A DNA stretch of 64,000 nucleotides, from positions 1-64,000 of the IMG/VR virus record IMGVR_UViG_3300005732_000005; one strand, written 5' to 3'. The notes below the pieces were generated by a model. The model had not been told where the DNA came from. It saw only the letters and a list, made by a program, of their open reading frames with translations, and did not search any database. This document shows, piece after piece, positions 37,186 through 47,450 of this stretch. The position numbers and the translations under genes were made by a program. How positions within the stretch are numbered: the stretch's first letter is position 1; every line of letters starts with the position of its first letter. This DNA comes from a virus.

Positions 37186-38157
37186 TTATTTTGTTACATT
37201 TCTAAAATAATTCTTACGGTCTTCAACTGTGTTTAAGTTGCCACCTTTACGTTGAACCTTACCACAATCTCCACATCTCACTGCCTCAAACACACTTACA
37301 TCAGTATAAGCACGTTCAGTAAGGTCTTCTAAATCTTCACTACCACATACACGGCACGAGGGTTTATCAGAATCTTTATACAAAGAGACATTGGGATGAC
37401 TAGGAATCCATGTACGAATCTTTTTGTAAAGTTCCATACAAGTAGGTATATCCCCTTCATTATACTCATACATAAGATTAAAGGCATCTTTATCGCCATG
37501 CATACAACGTATCCAAAGGTCAATACCATCGTGCTTACGTTTCATATAATCTACTTCAAAGTAACGTGTTGCATAGTCTAAACTATTTGAGGGTAAGCTA
37601 AAAGCTTTCTTCAAACCTTTTGCTGTGCAGATTAACTTATACGGACTTGTTTCAGGGAATCCGTGAAAGGCACATCTCTGGGCAAACCAACCTTGGTCAA
37701 ATTTGGAATTATGTGCAATGGCAATATTACACTCATCCAACACTTTCCACAAAGCTTCTACTAAGAAATAGTCATCAGTGTGGTCATTGTCAAAATGTTC
37801 TTCATAGTCTGTCAGTTTTGCACCAAATACATTATCAGGGTCGCTCATCCAAGCTGCAGCCCATGTAAGCATATAAGGTCGTTGGATAACGTGATCAGGT
37901 GAACTAAAGTGTTTGAACATACTAAACGCTGCTACAATACTTGCACTAACCTCACAATCAAACACTACAATTTTTAAATCTTCTTGATTCTTCTCTGTCT
38001 TAAGAATATTTCCTTTCTTAATATTGTATCGAATAGTGGACTCTTTGGTTCTAGAGCCTAATACTTCTTCCGCAGCATCTCGATGACTACCACCTTTGTT
38101 AAGAATATACTCAATTGCCTCAATCATTTCTTGTGATAAAACTGTTTTTCTTCCCAT
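37186..38157 (-). CDS. RNase H-fold (DnaQ-like) exonuclease with N-terminal HTH and C-terminal Zn ribbon
   Basis: FDCEV, AHN.KFD, SNSLDY, YN.GD, CxxC..CxxC. Confidence 0.7.
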   Translation of the reverse strand: MGRKTVLSQEMIEAIEYILNKGGSHRDAAEEVLGSRTKESTIRYNIKKGNILKTEKNQEDLKIVVFDCEVSASIVAAFSMFKHFSSPDHVIQRPYMLTWAAAWMSDPDNVFGAKLTDYEEHFDNDHTDDYFLVEALWKVLDECNIAIAHNSKFDQGWFAQRCAFHGFPETSPYKLICTAKGLKKAFSLPSNSLDYATRYFEVDYMKRKHDGIDLWIRCMHGDKDAFNLMYEYNEGDIPTCMELYKKIRTWIPSHPNVSLYKDSDKPSCRVCGSEDLEDLTERAYTDVSVFEAVRCGDCGKVQRKGGNLNTVEDRKNYFRNVTK

Positions 38158-38168
38158 TTTATTCTCCT

Positions 38169-38483
38169 CTACCAAATATTCTGCATACCGATTAATCTTG
38201 CTTTAGTTCCTGATAATTTCTCGAACTGTTCAGCCTTCTTTTTAATATCTTGTAACCATTCTTCAAAACCTTCCGAGGCTACAACAACATCTGCAACTTT
38301 AAAACCTACCGTACAGTTTGAAACATCTGCATCATACCAAGGACTCATTGTTTCTAGGTCATACTGATCCAACCACTCCCACATACAGAAATGTTCATCT
38401 TCTAATTCATCTTCTGGAATATCGAAATCACACTCACCAAATTCCGCACCCACAATCATATTACCTGAATAATCAATACCCAT
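38169..38483 (-). CDS. hypothetical protein
   Basis: ORF. Confidence 0.65.
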   Translation of the reverse strand: MGIDYSGNMIVGAEFGECDFDIPEDELEDEHFCMWEWLDQYDLETMSPWYDADVSNCTVGFKVADVVVASEGFEEWLQDIKKKAEQFEKLSGTKARLIGMQNIW

Positions 38484-38837
38484 TACCTATTAATAAGTAA
38501 CAGGTTAAAAGTGTAAGTAATAATCCTGTTGTCAATGTATTATATACGCTTTTCACGGAACAGCTTTTATAAATGTTCACTTTCTATTCTCCTTCTTCCA
38601 CTCATCAATCATTTTTCTTAAATTAACCCTTAAGATTTCAAAATCTTTTTCTGTCCAACTAGAATCTTTGCTTGGCATAAGAATACCTCTCTAAATCATT
38701 AGTAAGTTGTTCGGAAAGTGATTTTACTACAGATTCAATATCTACGTCAATAGCATTCCTCTTGCCAAGAGAAATCCCCTTTAGGACAGCTTGTTCCATT
38801 ACGTAGAGTATTGTATCTTTAGTTGCTGTGATTTGTT

Positions 38838-39215
38838 TCATAATAAATAATCCTCACAATCAAAATAGGTTATCTTCTTACCAATACGTTCGGCATGTTT
38901 AATTTCATCTTGGATACCTGTAGATTTAGTCCAGCACCCACCATAACTGTCACTCATCTTCAGAACATACACTTCCGAACAATGGTCTATTGCATTACGG
39001 TCAATCTTTTTCCAGAAATCATATTCCTTAGGTAAGCCATACTTACGAGAAATCTCGTGACAATGTAATATTGGTGAATAAACATACTTTCCCTCAAGTA
39101 ACCATTCGTGAACACGTTTCATTGTGTAATCAACTCTTTCGTCAAGAACGTTATCTTGTTCACGAGGATCTAGTTTGGAAATACCGTTGCTGTAAAGTGA
39201 ACATACGTAAATCAT
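38838..39215 (-). CDS. DUF1937-family (nucleoside deoxyribosyltransferase-like) protein
   Basis: MIYVCS.YS, YSPILHCH, FW..D, W..STG...EI..A. Confidence 0.7.
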   Translation of the reverse strand: MIYVCSLYSNGISKLDPREQDNVLDERVDYTMKRVHEWLLEGKYVYSPILHCHEISRKYGLPKEYDFWKKIDRNAIDHCSEVYVLKMSDSYGGCWTKSTGIQDEIKHAERIGKKITYFDCEDYLL

Positions 39216-39484
39216 TTATTATCCTCCAAACAATTGATATAAGGCCAAACCTCATCACCATACACAAACTCCATCAAAGCTTCATATGCATAGCGTGTAT
39301 CAATCTCTAGGACATCTTCTCCCTCTTGTAAGAATGTCTCTGCCAAATCAACTAAGCCTTGTATGCCAGAACAATTTATTGAACAAACAACCTTTGGACG
39401 TAAAGGTATTTTCTCTTGTTCACGTTTATTTTCTGCAAGTTTATATAACTCTTCTGAAGTATATTCTTCAATAGGTTTACTCAT
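39212..39484 (-). CDS. hypothetical protein
   Basis: coupled ORF. Confidence 0.6.
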   Translation of the reverse strand: MSKPIEEYTSEELYKLAENKREQEKIPLRPKVVCSINCSGIQGLVDLAETFLQEGEDVLEIDTRYAYEALMEFVYGDEVWPYINCLEDNK

Positions 39485-40245
39485 CGGTTAAATACCTCCA
39501 CTTGTTTATCAACATAATATTTACATTTAGTAGCATCATACTCAAAAGTGTTACCTTCCTTTCCACCGCCTTGTGTCATATCGAACATACGTTTTTGGGC
39601 TTTAAATATGTTGGTGAAGTTAAAATCGTTTTGGAATAAAACTTCTGCCAAATCCTCCAACATTATTTTACCATTTAATTTATGCTTTTCCATAAGCCAT
39701 TCAGGTAATACCACATCGTAATATTTACTTTCCCCGCCATCACTTTTCACAGGAGATTTCTCTTTTTCTCTCTTAATCTTCACACACTCCTCCAAACTCT
39801 CTTTCAACTCTTCATACAAATCTCGATCACCATCTTTAGAATGACAACTATTTTGCACAGAGGCGATCATCTCTTCATCATAATATTCTTCCAACAAACC
39901 ACGATAATAGTTAGCAACACCCTTATCTGGCAACAAGTCCATTTTATCAAGATTCAAGCTTACATAAAGTTTCTCTTTCTTCCAATTCTCAGATGGACGT
40001 TTCCGAGAAGGGTTATTTGGAACAACAGGATCTTTCTTGATGTAGAACCAGTTTTTATATGTATCAACACAAAAATTATGTATAGCAAATCTATCATCTT
40101 TTATAGAGAAGAATCCATCACATACATAAATATCTTGGAAAGTAGAATACTCTTCACCTTTGGTGCAAAACCTTACACCACTTTCTTCCATAAAACCATC
40201 TCTCCAAGCAACCAACACTTTCCCAACTAAATCTTCCGCTTTCAT
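39481..40245 (-). CDS. hypothetical protein, C-terminal DUF3310-like domain
   Basis: SDGG.S.YY...F...NIFKA..R....K.G....YD..K..YY. Confidence 0.45.
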   Translation of the reverse strand: MKAEDLVGKVLVAWRDGFMEESGVRFCTKGEEYSTFQDIYVCDGFFSIKDDRFAIHNFCVDTYKNWFYIKKDPVVPNNPSRKRPSENWKKEKLYVSLNLDKMDLLPDKGVANYYRGLLEEYYDEEMIASVQNSCHSKDGDRDLYEELKESLEECVKIKREKEKSPVKSDGGESKYYDVVLPEWLMEKHKLNGKIMLEDLAEVLFQNDFNFTNIFKAQKRMFDMTQGGGKEGNTFEYDATKCKYYVDKQVEVFNR

Positions 40246-40259
40246 AATTTCCTCCTATT

Positions 40260-41618
40260 CTAAACTTTCACTTTAATTCTTTGTTTATCTAAAATGTCTT
40301 CGTAACAATCACATTGTTCAGGTAGTTTATCATAACGAGGACGTTTGTAAATAGGTAAGAACAAGCTTTGTTGTTTAGTTCTCTTATCTTCTGTAATAGA
40401 GTCATACTCGACCTCAATAACTGGAGGAGGATTATCTAAATACTCTTTACGTTCCTCATCACTAAAACCACTGCCCACATTCACCTTGATACGTCCACAG
40501 GTCGATTCGCAATGAAATCCTCCTAACAAACCTTCATACTTTGAACCTACTTCTGCAGGATATGTTCCTACCACTTTTAAGTCGCAAGGCTCCTTTCTCT
40601 TAACCTTGATACAGTAAGTTGGTTTACCATTATCTTTCCAAGTGGCATCCATATCCTTTACAATAGCCCCTTCAAAACCATCACGCACATAACCTTCAAA
40701 GATTTCAAAAGCTTCTTCTACAGAGACATTCTCTTTACGAGGAATAAGTAGAATACGATTACGAACACCATTCTCAACACACCAACCGTTGTACTCCGCT
40801 ACCATAAGCTCTAAGAGTTCTCTTCGTTCTATATTGGTAAATGGGTATTCTCCTTTTGGTTCGTAGTAACTTGTATCGATACAATCCCAAACTTGATAAT
40901 ATACGTTATCTAAATGTTCTTGAGAAGCTGTTCCTTTCACAATACGTGTAATATGGCCATTACCTTCTTCACGAGTAGCCTTTGTTGGATCATAAATTAA
41001 TTCACCTTCTAATGCAAACCCATTAAAAGCTCCTGAAGATAAATGTTCTTGTAAAGAGTTAATCTCCAAAGGATTACCATTACGGGACATCATAGTAGTA
41101 TCTTCACCACAAACACTTCCCGCATAAGAACCATCTGACTTAAGTTCAATTGCAAGATTTTTAATGGTTTCCATTTTCTTCAGGGACTTCTCATTCATAG
41201 AACAAGCACCCATTCTGGGCGGCTTAACAATAAGATTCTTCCAAACTTTGTTAATTGTAGAAGCACCAATACCACACTTAAGATCTTTCTGGATAATACG
41301 GTAAACTACTTCCGCAATCTCGTGGTCACAACAAGAAAGGATACCATTAATCAGATAGTCAATAGCTTTGTGACCAGTTATTTCTCTTGAAGATAGTTTA
41401 TTTAGTTTCTGAAAAATAACTTCCCAATTAGGTTCTACCTTTTCGGTATGTTGCCAGCCATCAGGAACTTTCTTAATATAGAACTGCACTGTAGGTGAGT
41501 ACGCTAAACGACAAACTTCTTTCAGATATCCATTACTTTTCTGAGACATTAGAATCTCTAGCTTTTCATTACCTTTTGCCTGTTCGATCTGATTTAATAC
41601 TTTTAAAACTTTACTCAT
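40260..41618 (-). CDS. lig: ATP-dependent DNA ligase
   Basis: ELKSDG, SRNG, LEGEL, EGAIVK, KVK, VGSGFSD, SLFLP. Confidence 0.92.
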   Translation of the reverse strand: MSKVLKVLNQIEQAKGNEKLEILMSQKSNGYLKEVCRLAYSPTVQFYIKKVPDGWQHTEKVEPNWEVIFQKLNKLSSREITGHKAIDYLINGILSCCDHEIAEVVYRIIQKDLKCGIGASTINKVWKNLIVKPPRMGACSMNEKSLKKMETIKNLAIELKSDGSYAGSVCGEDTTMMSRNGNPLEINSLQEHLSSGAFNGFALEGELIYDPTKATREEGNGHITRIVKGTASQEHLDNVYYQVWDCIDTSYYEPKGEYPFTNIERRELLELMVAEYNGWCVENGVRNRILLIPRKENVSVEEAFEIFEGYVRDGFEGAIVKDMDATWKDNGKPTYCIKVKRKEPCDLKVVGTYPAEVGSKYEGLLGGFHCESTCGRIKVNVGSGFSDEERKEYLDNPPPVIEVEYDSITEDKRTKQQSLFLPIYKRPRYDKLPEQCDCYEDILDKQRIKVKV

Positions 41619-43471
41619 AATAATCCTTTCTCCTCTAATTTTAAAATTGCCGTCATTAAACTATGTGCCTGAGAATTTGTCTTGGAGATTAAATCTTTCT
41701 TGTGTTTCACAAGTTGAAGATCTTTCTCCACAAGTTTCTGTTCGGCAAGAATACTATTCAAAGAGTCAGTTAATTTGTTTGTCAAAAGTTCCAGTTCTTC
41801 TGTTAAAGGGTTTGATTCTTTCTCTCCATCATCCAGATAACTTGCAGCAATGTATAATGTGCCGATACCTTTCTTTTTGATAGGAATACTGTAGACAAAA
41901 TCCCCCTTCTTGATAAGGTTACCACTTACGTCGCAAGTTTTACTTTCCTTTGACATAAATACGCTTTTCTTCAAGGCACGTCTAAACTCACGACCATCCT
42001 CTACTTTGAAAGTGATGTAATCTCCTTCAGGTAAGTACTCTCGTGTAATAATATCTGTAATAGGACTTAAATTATGACTCACTTATCTCTCCTCCCAATT
42101 ATACATTTCAATCTTATCACTGGCATAATCACCAAACAAATACTCTGAAAAAGTTAAGTCTTCTCCGTAGTCATTATCTTTCTCTAGGTTATATTCCTCT
42201 AACATCGTTATTCTCCTACTACTTTTTCTTAGGGCTTAGAATAGCAAACTCTTTCTTGCTAATCAACCCTTTTCTATATCTACCTTTAATTAATTGGTTC
42301 TCAATATAATCACTCAATACAATCAAATCATATTCTTTCGAAGGATTCCATTTTCGCGTATATTGGAATGTCTTGTCAAGTCTTTCTTTCAACCATTTTG
42401 TTTCTACTTCAATTGTATACTCTTGTTCTTTAGGAGGATCTACCCCACCATTATCCTCTAATCGAGTTCTCTTTACAAAGTAAGACACTACTTTTGCATA
42501 AGGAGCATCTTCTTTGAAACAAGGTTCATTGAGGTAAGACTTCCATCCATTCTCCCTAAAATCTTCATACTTCTTCAAAAGATTCTTCTCCGTAGTCTAG
42601 ATAATCAAAATCACTTAGGTAACACAACTCTACAAGCTCCTGTATGGCTTTAGGGAGAGAGTTGTAATATTCTGATACGATGGCTTCACTATCATACAAA
42701 ACACTCTCAAAACGCTTCCTGTTGCTTATATAGTAGCATTTCTCTGACATAAAGCGGATTTCTAAAAGTTGTTTCTCTGTATCAGTGAAAAGTTCTACAT
42801 TAAAACTTTCTTGCTTCAAGGCATACTCTTCTTCCCACCAATACTCCACTAGAGAAAGATTATCCCTTGATAAAATAAGTTGGAACACTATACCAGCATT
42901 ACCCCATTCTAGGCAAGGGAGTGTTTTATCACCACCTTCCAACTTAACGTGTTTTCTGCATTTATGACTCTTTCGTTTAAACTTTCTTTCATATCCAACC
43001 TCCTCTGCCAGAACAGGGAATGGTAGTGATGTGTCTAGTGGTTTAAAGTTTTTCATTTCGTGCCTCCCCTTCTGTTAATTTTCTCATTAGCCTCTATAAA
43101 CCAAAGGAACTTTGAAAGTTCTTTTATATCCTCTGAACCGTAATCATGCAGGTAAGAAATCATATCCACCCTGACACCTCCTCTTTCTTTACACCATCCA
43201 ATCATGCCTACATCCTCACCTTTATATAATAACTTATTACCTCTCTTATTCCAGATATTTTTCATAAAACAACCTCCTCTTTAATAATCTCAAATTTCCA
43301 CGTATCATAATCCATATCACAAATTAACTTATGAGAATTCTTCTCAAGCCAAGATGCCTTTACGTGATCGTGTGTCTGTGTGGGCAATATCACCTCATCA
43401 AAGACAACCTTGTCAAATAAATCTTCATATAAAGATGATAATGTAATTTTAATAAAGTATTTTGTTTTCAT
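41615..43471 (-). CDS. run of hypothetical ORFs (41615-42082, 42219-42578, 42565-43056, 43053-43265, 43262-43471)
   Basis: Coupled ORFs with RBSs. Confidence 0.6.
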
Positions 43472-43482
43472 AAAAGTTTCTC

Positions 43483-43929
43483 CTAAACGTAACCATTAAA
43501 GAGAGCATACCCTCTTACAAAGTAAAAGTAAACCTTTCTTAGAAAATAATTTACCTTATATTGTTTCATTTGATCAAGGAATATCTCATCAATAACTTTT
43601 CTTGTGTAAAATTTATAATCCTCTGTTCCATGAAACATTTGACAAAGAACATCATGCACACAAGAAGGTTCTTTCAAAATTTGTTCACCATTGTCATCAA
43701 GGTATCCATCCCAAACACCAACCTTTACCCCAAGGATATTAAATTTAGGAGAACATCCATCCCAAGAGTAACCTTTGTAGATATGGAGAATACCTTCGTG
43801 AGAGATTTCTGCCAAGAGTTGTTTTGTTTTCTTTCTGTAGATATATCTTGCCTCCCCATTATATTCTGGTAGGTGAAATTTTAAATCTTCTTCAAGGGTG
43901 AATTTTTGAGTGATACGTTTTATTGGCAT
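43483..43929 (-). CDS. DUF1353-like protein
   Basis: GY.WDG.S, HD.LCQ, R..D.IF; TTGACA promoter at 43992. Confidence 0.6.
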   Translation of the reverse strand: MPIKRITQKFTLEEDLKFHLPEYNGEARYIYRKKTKQLLAEISHEGILHIYKGYSWDGCSPKFNILGVKVGVWDGYLDDNGEQILKEPSCVHDVLCQMFHGTEDYKFYTRKVIDEIFLDQMKQYKVNYFLRKVYFYFVRGYALFNGYV

Positions 43930-44004
43930 GGATTTTCTCCTGTTTAATACGTTGTTAGGGGAGAGTTTATATTGGTGAGAGGGTGTTGTCAAGGAAATTT
44001 AGGT

Positions 44005-44042
44005 AATAAAAAAGCCCGAACCTTTTTACAGGAACGGGCTTT
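44005..44042 (-). terminator. rho-independent terminator
   Basis: AAAGCCCG..CGGGCTTTTTT on minus strand. Confidence 0.7.
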
Positions 44043-44168
44043 CGGAGGAGAAGCAACTTTACGCAAGTTGTCAGCGAAGAGGGAGAAGGAGAGAAACCCC
44101 TCTTAAAGTGGATGTCTGGGAGGAGAAATCAGACAAAGAGATTATTGTTATTATTAAGGGAGAAATAT
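44043..44168 (-). ncRNA. candidate structured RNA with CU-rich (anti-SD) loops
   Basis: Hairpins whose minus-strand loops read UUUCUCCUCC / UUUCUCUCCUUCU; four CU-rich tracts in total. Confidence 0.4.
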
Positions 44169-44169
44169 T

Positions 44170-44388
44170 TTAGTAAAGGTCATCTGGTAGGATAGGTAAG
44201 TCTAACCCTAAGTCAGAAAAGTTAATCTGTTCTTCTTCAACATAAGATTCGGATTTATTCTGGCAATTGTTACAATAAGGATCATCTACTGTAATAACCT
44301 TATATTTGCCAGATTTCTCTGGATGAGGGACTTTTACCTGCCTAGTGGGATAACCTATTTTTGCATTACATGCGATACACGTTGGCAT
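44170..44388 (-). CDS. small Zn-finger protein
   Basis: CxxC..CxxC; own promoter TTGACA (44540)/TG-TATCAT. Confidence 0.6.
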   Translation of the reverse strand: MPTCIACNAKIGYPTRQVKVPHPEKSGKYKVITVDDPYCNNCQNKSESYVEEEQINFSDLGLDLPILPDDLY

Positions 44389-44553
44389 AAGGATTCCTTT
44401 TTTAGGAGTAAATTTGTTTAAAGAAAGTCTCTATTTAGAAACTTTAGTTTTTAGGAGGGTTATTATGAAAACAAGAAATTTTCTTTAAACAAACTTTTCA
44501 ATTTATAATTAATGATAACAGTGTTTTTGAAGTGTGTCAACTGTTTTGGGAAT

Positions 44554-44628
44554 TGGAGCGACATATCGGTTACGATCCGATGACTCCGACTTGGAAGGAC
44601 GGGATTTTTCCAATTAAACTAATGTCGC
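44554..44628 (-). tRNA. tRNA-Gly(TCC)
   Basis: Acceptor GCGACAT/ATGTCGC-T-CCA, anticodon loop CTTCCAA, T arm with ATCG variant. Confidence 0.8.
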
Positions 44629-44685
44629 AATGTTGGAGATTTTTATAACCGTGATCTCCTGAGCTACCAAACTTATTTAAATTTA

Positions 44686-44817
44686 ATCCATAGGTGGCTG
44701 GGTTAATACTTCCCCATTTACTGACTCCGACAACTAATGTTCCCCGACTCACTACTTTACTACAGTATCTCTTGCCTGTCACACACTTACTCGCACACGG
44801 GCTGAACCTTAGGATTA
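44686..44817 (-). ncRNA. candidate structured ncRNA upstream of tRNA-Gly
   Basis: GC-richer segment with complementary ends (AAUCCUAAGGU / ACCUAUGGAUU); no credible ORF. Confidence 0.35.
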
Positions 44818-44838
44818 AAACTTTTTATTCAGGTTTAT

Positions 44839-44991
44839 CTAGTCCCACAACTCTTCATTCCAAACAAAGACACCATCTTCAATCTCAGAATCATCTAACT
44901 CCTTAAAAAGTTCATAACTCTCCAAGAATCTTTGTTTCTGATCTTCTGCTATTTCGTCAAGACGTTCTTTTGTGAAAATATTATCTTCCAT
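44839..44991 (-). CDS. small acidic hypothetical protein
   Basis: ATG after AGGAGG. Confidence 0.55.
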   Translation of the reverse strand: MEDNIFTKERLDEIAEDQKQRFLESYELFKELDDSEIEDGVFVWNEELWD

Positions 44992-45009
44992 AGTAACCTC
45001 CTTTAAAGA

Positions 45010-45355
45010 ATTTGTTTCTTGAGAGTTAGACACCTTACTCAAGAATTGTGTCTCTCAGAAATACATCTAGGCACGTAAGTCCTAAAGTGGGCTGAGAAAT
45101 TACTTTAGTTTCACACTTGACGGTAGTGACTCACCTAAAACAACCTATTCATCTTACAATAAGAGATTACCTCGGTCAATGGTAATTTTATGATTATTTA
45201 TTTAACCCATCTCTTTTAACGTCAAGTTAGGGTAAGCAGTTTTTCTCTGCAATAACTCTCTCACAATGAGATTCTGGACGGTATTGGTAAATGTGTGGAT
45301 TGCATACCAAAACAATCATTATGGCGAACTAATTCATCCATAATCACATCTTATA
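45010..45355 (-). ncRNA. candidate long structured ncRNA/leader
   Basis: TTGACA(45388)-N17-TATGAT promoter followed by about 350 nt without ORF; several hairpins; long-range CTTGACG/CGTCAAG complement. Confidence 0.35.
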
Positions 45356-45525
45356 ATTAATCATAACAATATTATTTCTGAATGTCAAATAGTTTCTGTA
45401 GAAATCCCTAAATAATCCAAACCTTGGTCCTCACCTTTCATATTATACTCCTGTAAAACCGTTGTAAACACGAATATCTCTCATAACCATCTCCTCTTTT
45501 TGTTAATGTATGATTTATTATCGCA

Positions 45526-45759
45526 TTACTTTTTCAAGAGTGCAACCTCTTTCTCTAAAGATTCTATTCTTTCTAGAAGACTACTACCTTCCACTATATC
45601 GTGGATCTTATCCTTACAAGTGATATCTATCTCCAAGTAGTCCAATATTCGCTGAACACCTTCTGACATAAAAGCTTTCTCTTTGTTACAAAGTTTGCTT
45701 GAAGAAAGGGCGTTGTTTTTGGAGAAGTCTTGCTTCATTTGTTGTATTGTATCTTGCAT
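45526..45759 (-). CDS. hypothetical protein
   Basis: ORF. Confidence 0.6.
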   Translation of the reverse strand: MQDTIQQMKQDFSKNNALSSSKLCNKEKAFMSEGVQRILDYLEIDITCKDKIHDIVEGSSLLERIESLEKEVALLKK

Positions 45760-45764
45760 ATATC

Positions 45765-46403
45765 TTACTCTCCAACATAATACCTGTCTAGTAGATCTTC
45801 ATTAACTATGAAGTTTAAATCTTCACCTATTACAGAGAATTTGTCCAGTTTTAGTTTCCGCTTTGACTTCCCTTGTGATCCAACTTTATGACAAAAGAAT
45901 CTAACCTCTTTTCCAGCATACTCTCCACCTTCATACCTTCTTGCATTACTTAGATTTACAGATTTATTGTATCTCGGCTTATATTGTAATATGAAATTAT
46001 CCTCTGCCAAAGAAGTTTCCTTTTCTGTATCAAAGTACTGTATAAATATCCTATTATAGTCTTTATTATTGTGACCAATGATTCTAGAGAAGATGTTACA
46101 AGATTTCCCTATATAATTAACATTCTCATCTTTCTTTAGGAAATAGACTACATTAGCTTTCATATATTGTAAAGACATATACACAGCTTTTATACCCTGC
46201 GATATAGGGAATCCATTATTTTGTGTAGCTGTAAGTATTGTGCAATAGTCTGCCAAAACTTTATCCATCTCAGCTCCAAGCAAAACTAAACCTCGAAGGT
46301 CTTTACTAATGATTTCCTTGTTTCTTACACCGTCCCTTGTTTCATTATAAAGGTTATCCATAACCCTTAGATATTCATCTTCACTAATACTCTCACTTTT
46401 CAT
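45765..46403 (-). CDS. GIY-YIG-domain protein
   Basis: VVYFL....VNYIGKS.NI.SRI..H...E...I..Y.PRYN. Confidence 0.7.
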   Translation of the reverse strand: MKSESISEDEYLRVMDNLYNETRDGVRNKEIISKDLRGLVLLGAEMDKVLADYCTILTATQNNGFPISQGIKAVYMSLQYMKANVVYFLKKDENVNYIGKSCNIFSRIIGHNNKDYNRIFIQYFDTEKETSLAEDNFILQYKPRYNKSVNLSNARRYEGGEYAGKEVRFFCHKVGSQGKSKRKLKLDKFSVIGEDLNFIVNEDLLDRYYVGE

Positions 46404-46568
46404 ACATACTCCTCATATTCTTATTAAATGGTTGCTCCTTATCAGTCGACATTTAGGATCTCCGCTCCTAATGGAAAGTCTCAAATTTTTCAACCAAGAA
46501 AACACCACTTAAATCATAGACTTAGGCAGTGTTTTTACGTGTTACACAATGTGATAAACAGGGGATTT

Positions 46569-47450
46569 TCAAGAGGATAAAATCCCCTCGACATACTCCA
46601 ACTCCCCTCCCTTCAAATACCCTTGCTGGATAAGATAATTAACATAATCAAGATCCTCTCTCACCACGACAGACCACTCTACTCCAAAATATTTCTTCTT
46701 ACTACAAATTTTATATTGCTCAAGTTTAACACTCTCATACTCAGAAAGCAACCCTTCTAAATAATCTAATTCTTCTTGGTCAAGCTCTACATTGTTGAAA
46801 GTGTATTCTACGTAATCATAATCATTGTGTTTAAGAATGATATCTTCCCAACGTGTACCTCTTGGATATTTCTTCCCACCCTTACAAGTTGAAGGATCGT
46901 ATAACATTTCCCAAGCTTGATCAAGAGTTAGATTGTGGTCACGTAACATATACTCTAAAACTAAACCATTTACCAGCGTATCTGATTTTGCACTATGAAG
47001 ATGGATACTATGCTCATCTAAACGTCCATCCTTATACAAACCCCACTGATAATACAATACTCCAAGTTTATGACTCTCAACTTCTTCCTTAGAGTATAAT
47101 ACACGAGCAAGTTTCAATGTGCAAAGTTGTCTAACATTCTCAGGGAAATAATCCTCTGGTAAAACTGCTTTCTCATAAGAGAGGTTGTGTGCGAATACAT
47201 ACTGTTTTCCTTCAAGAGAGTGTTCTTTCAAAACTCTTTCTAAAGAGGGTGCATCTTTCACATCTTCCTCTGTCACCCCGTGAATAGCCATTGCTTCGAA
47301 AGTGATCGGTTCTTGTGGGTTAATCATTGTCCCTCTAGAATCTACTACTTTAAAAGTGCCATCCTTTGTCACACGGAAAATAGTTTCTCCGAATTCACAC
47401 ACCTTACCTTTCATATGTGTTGTTTCTGTATCAATTCCTGATATTAGCAT
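46569..47450 (-). CDS. DEDDh 3'-5' exonuclease (ExoX-like)
   Basis: IDTETT, AHN, CTL.LAR, H.L..L, HSA.SD. Confidence 0.8.
   Translation of the reverse strand: MLISGIDTETTHMKGKVCEFGETIFRVTKDGTFKVVDSRGTMINPQEPITFEAMAIHGVTEEDVKDAPSLERVLKEHSLEGKQYVFAHNLSYEKAVLPEDYFPENVRQLCTLKLARVLYSKEEVESHKLGVLYYQWGLYKDGRLDEHSIHLHSAKSDTLVNGLVLEYMLRDHNLTLDQAWEMLYDPSTCKGGKKYPRGTRWEDIILKHNDYDYVEYTFNNVELDQEELDYLEGLLSEYESVKLEQYKICSKKKYFGVEWSVVVREDLDYVNYLIQQGYLKGGELEYVEGILSS

Noticed and set aside
46429-46496. tRNA-like element (minus strand ends ...GCAACCA)
   Set aside because: No cloverleaf or T-arm; only terminal TGGTTG/CAACCA pairing and one internal hairpin.
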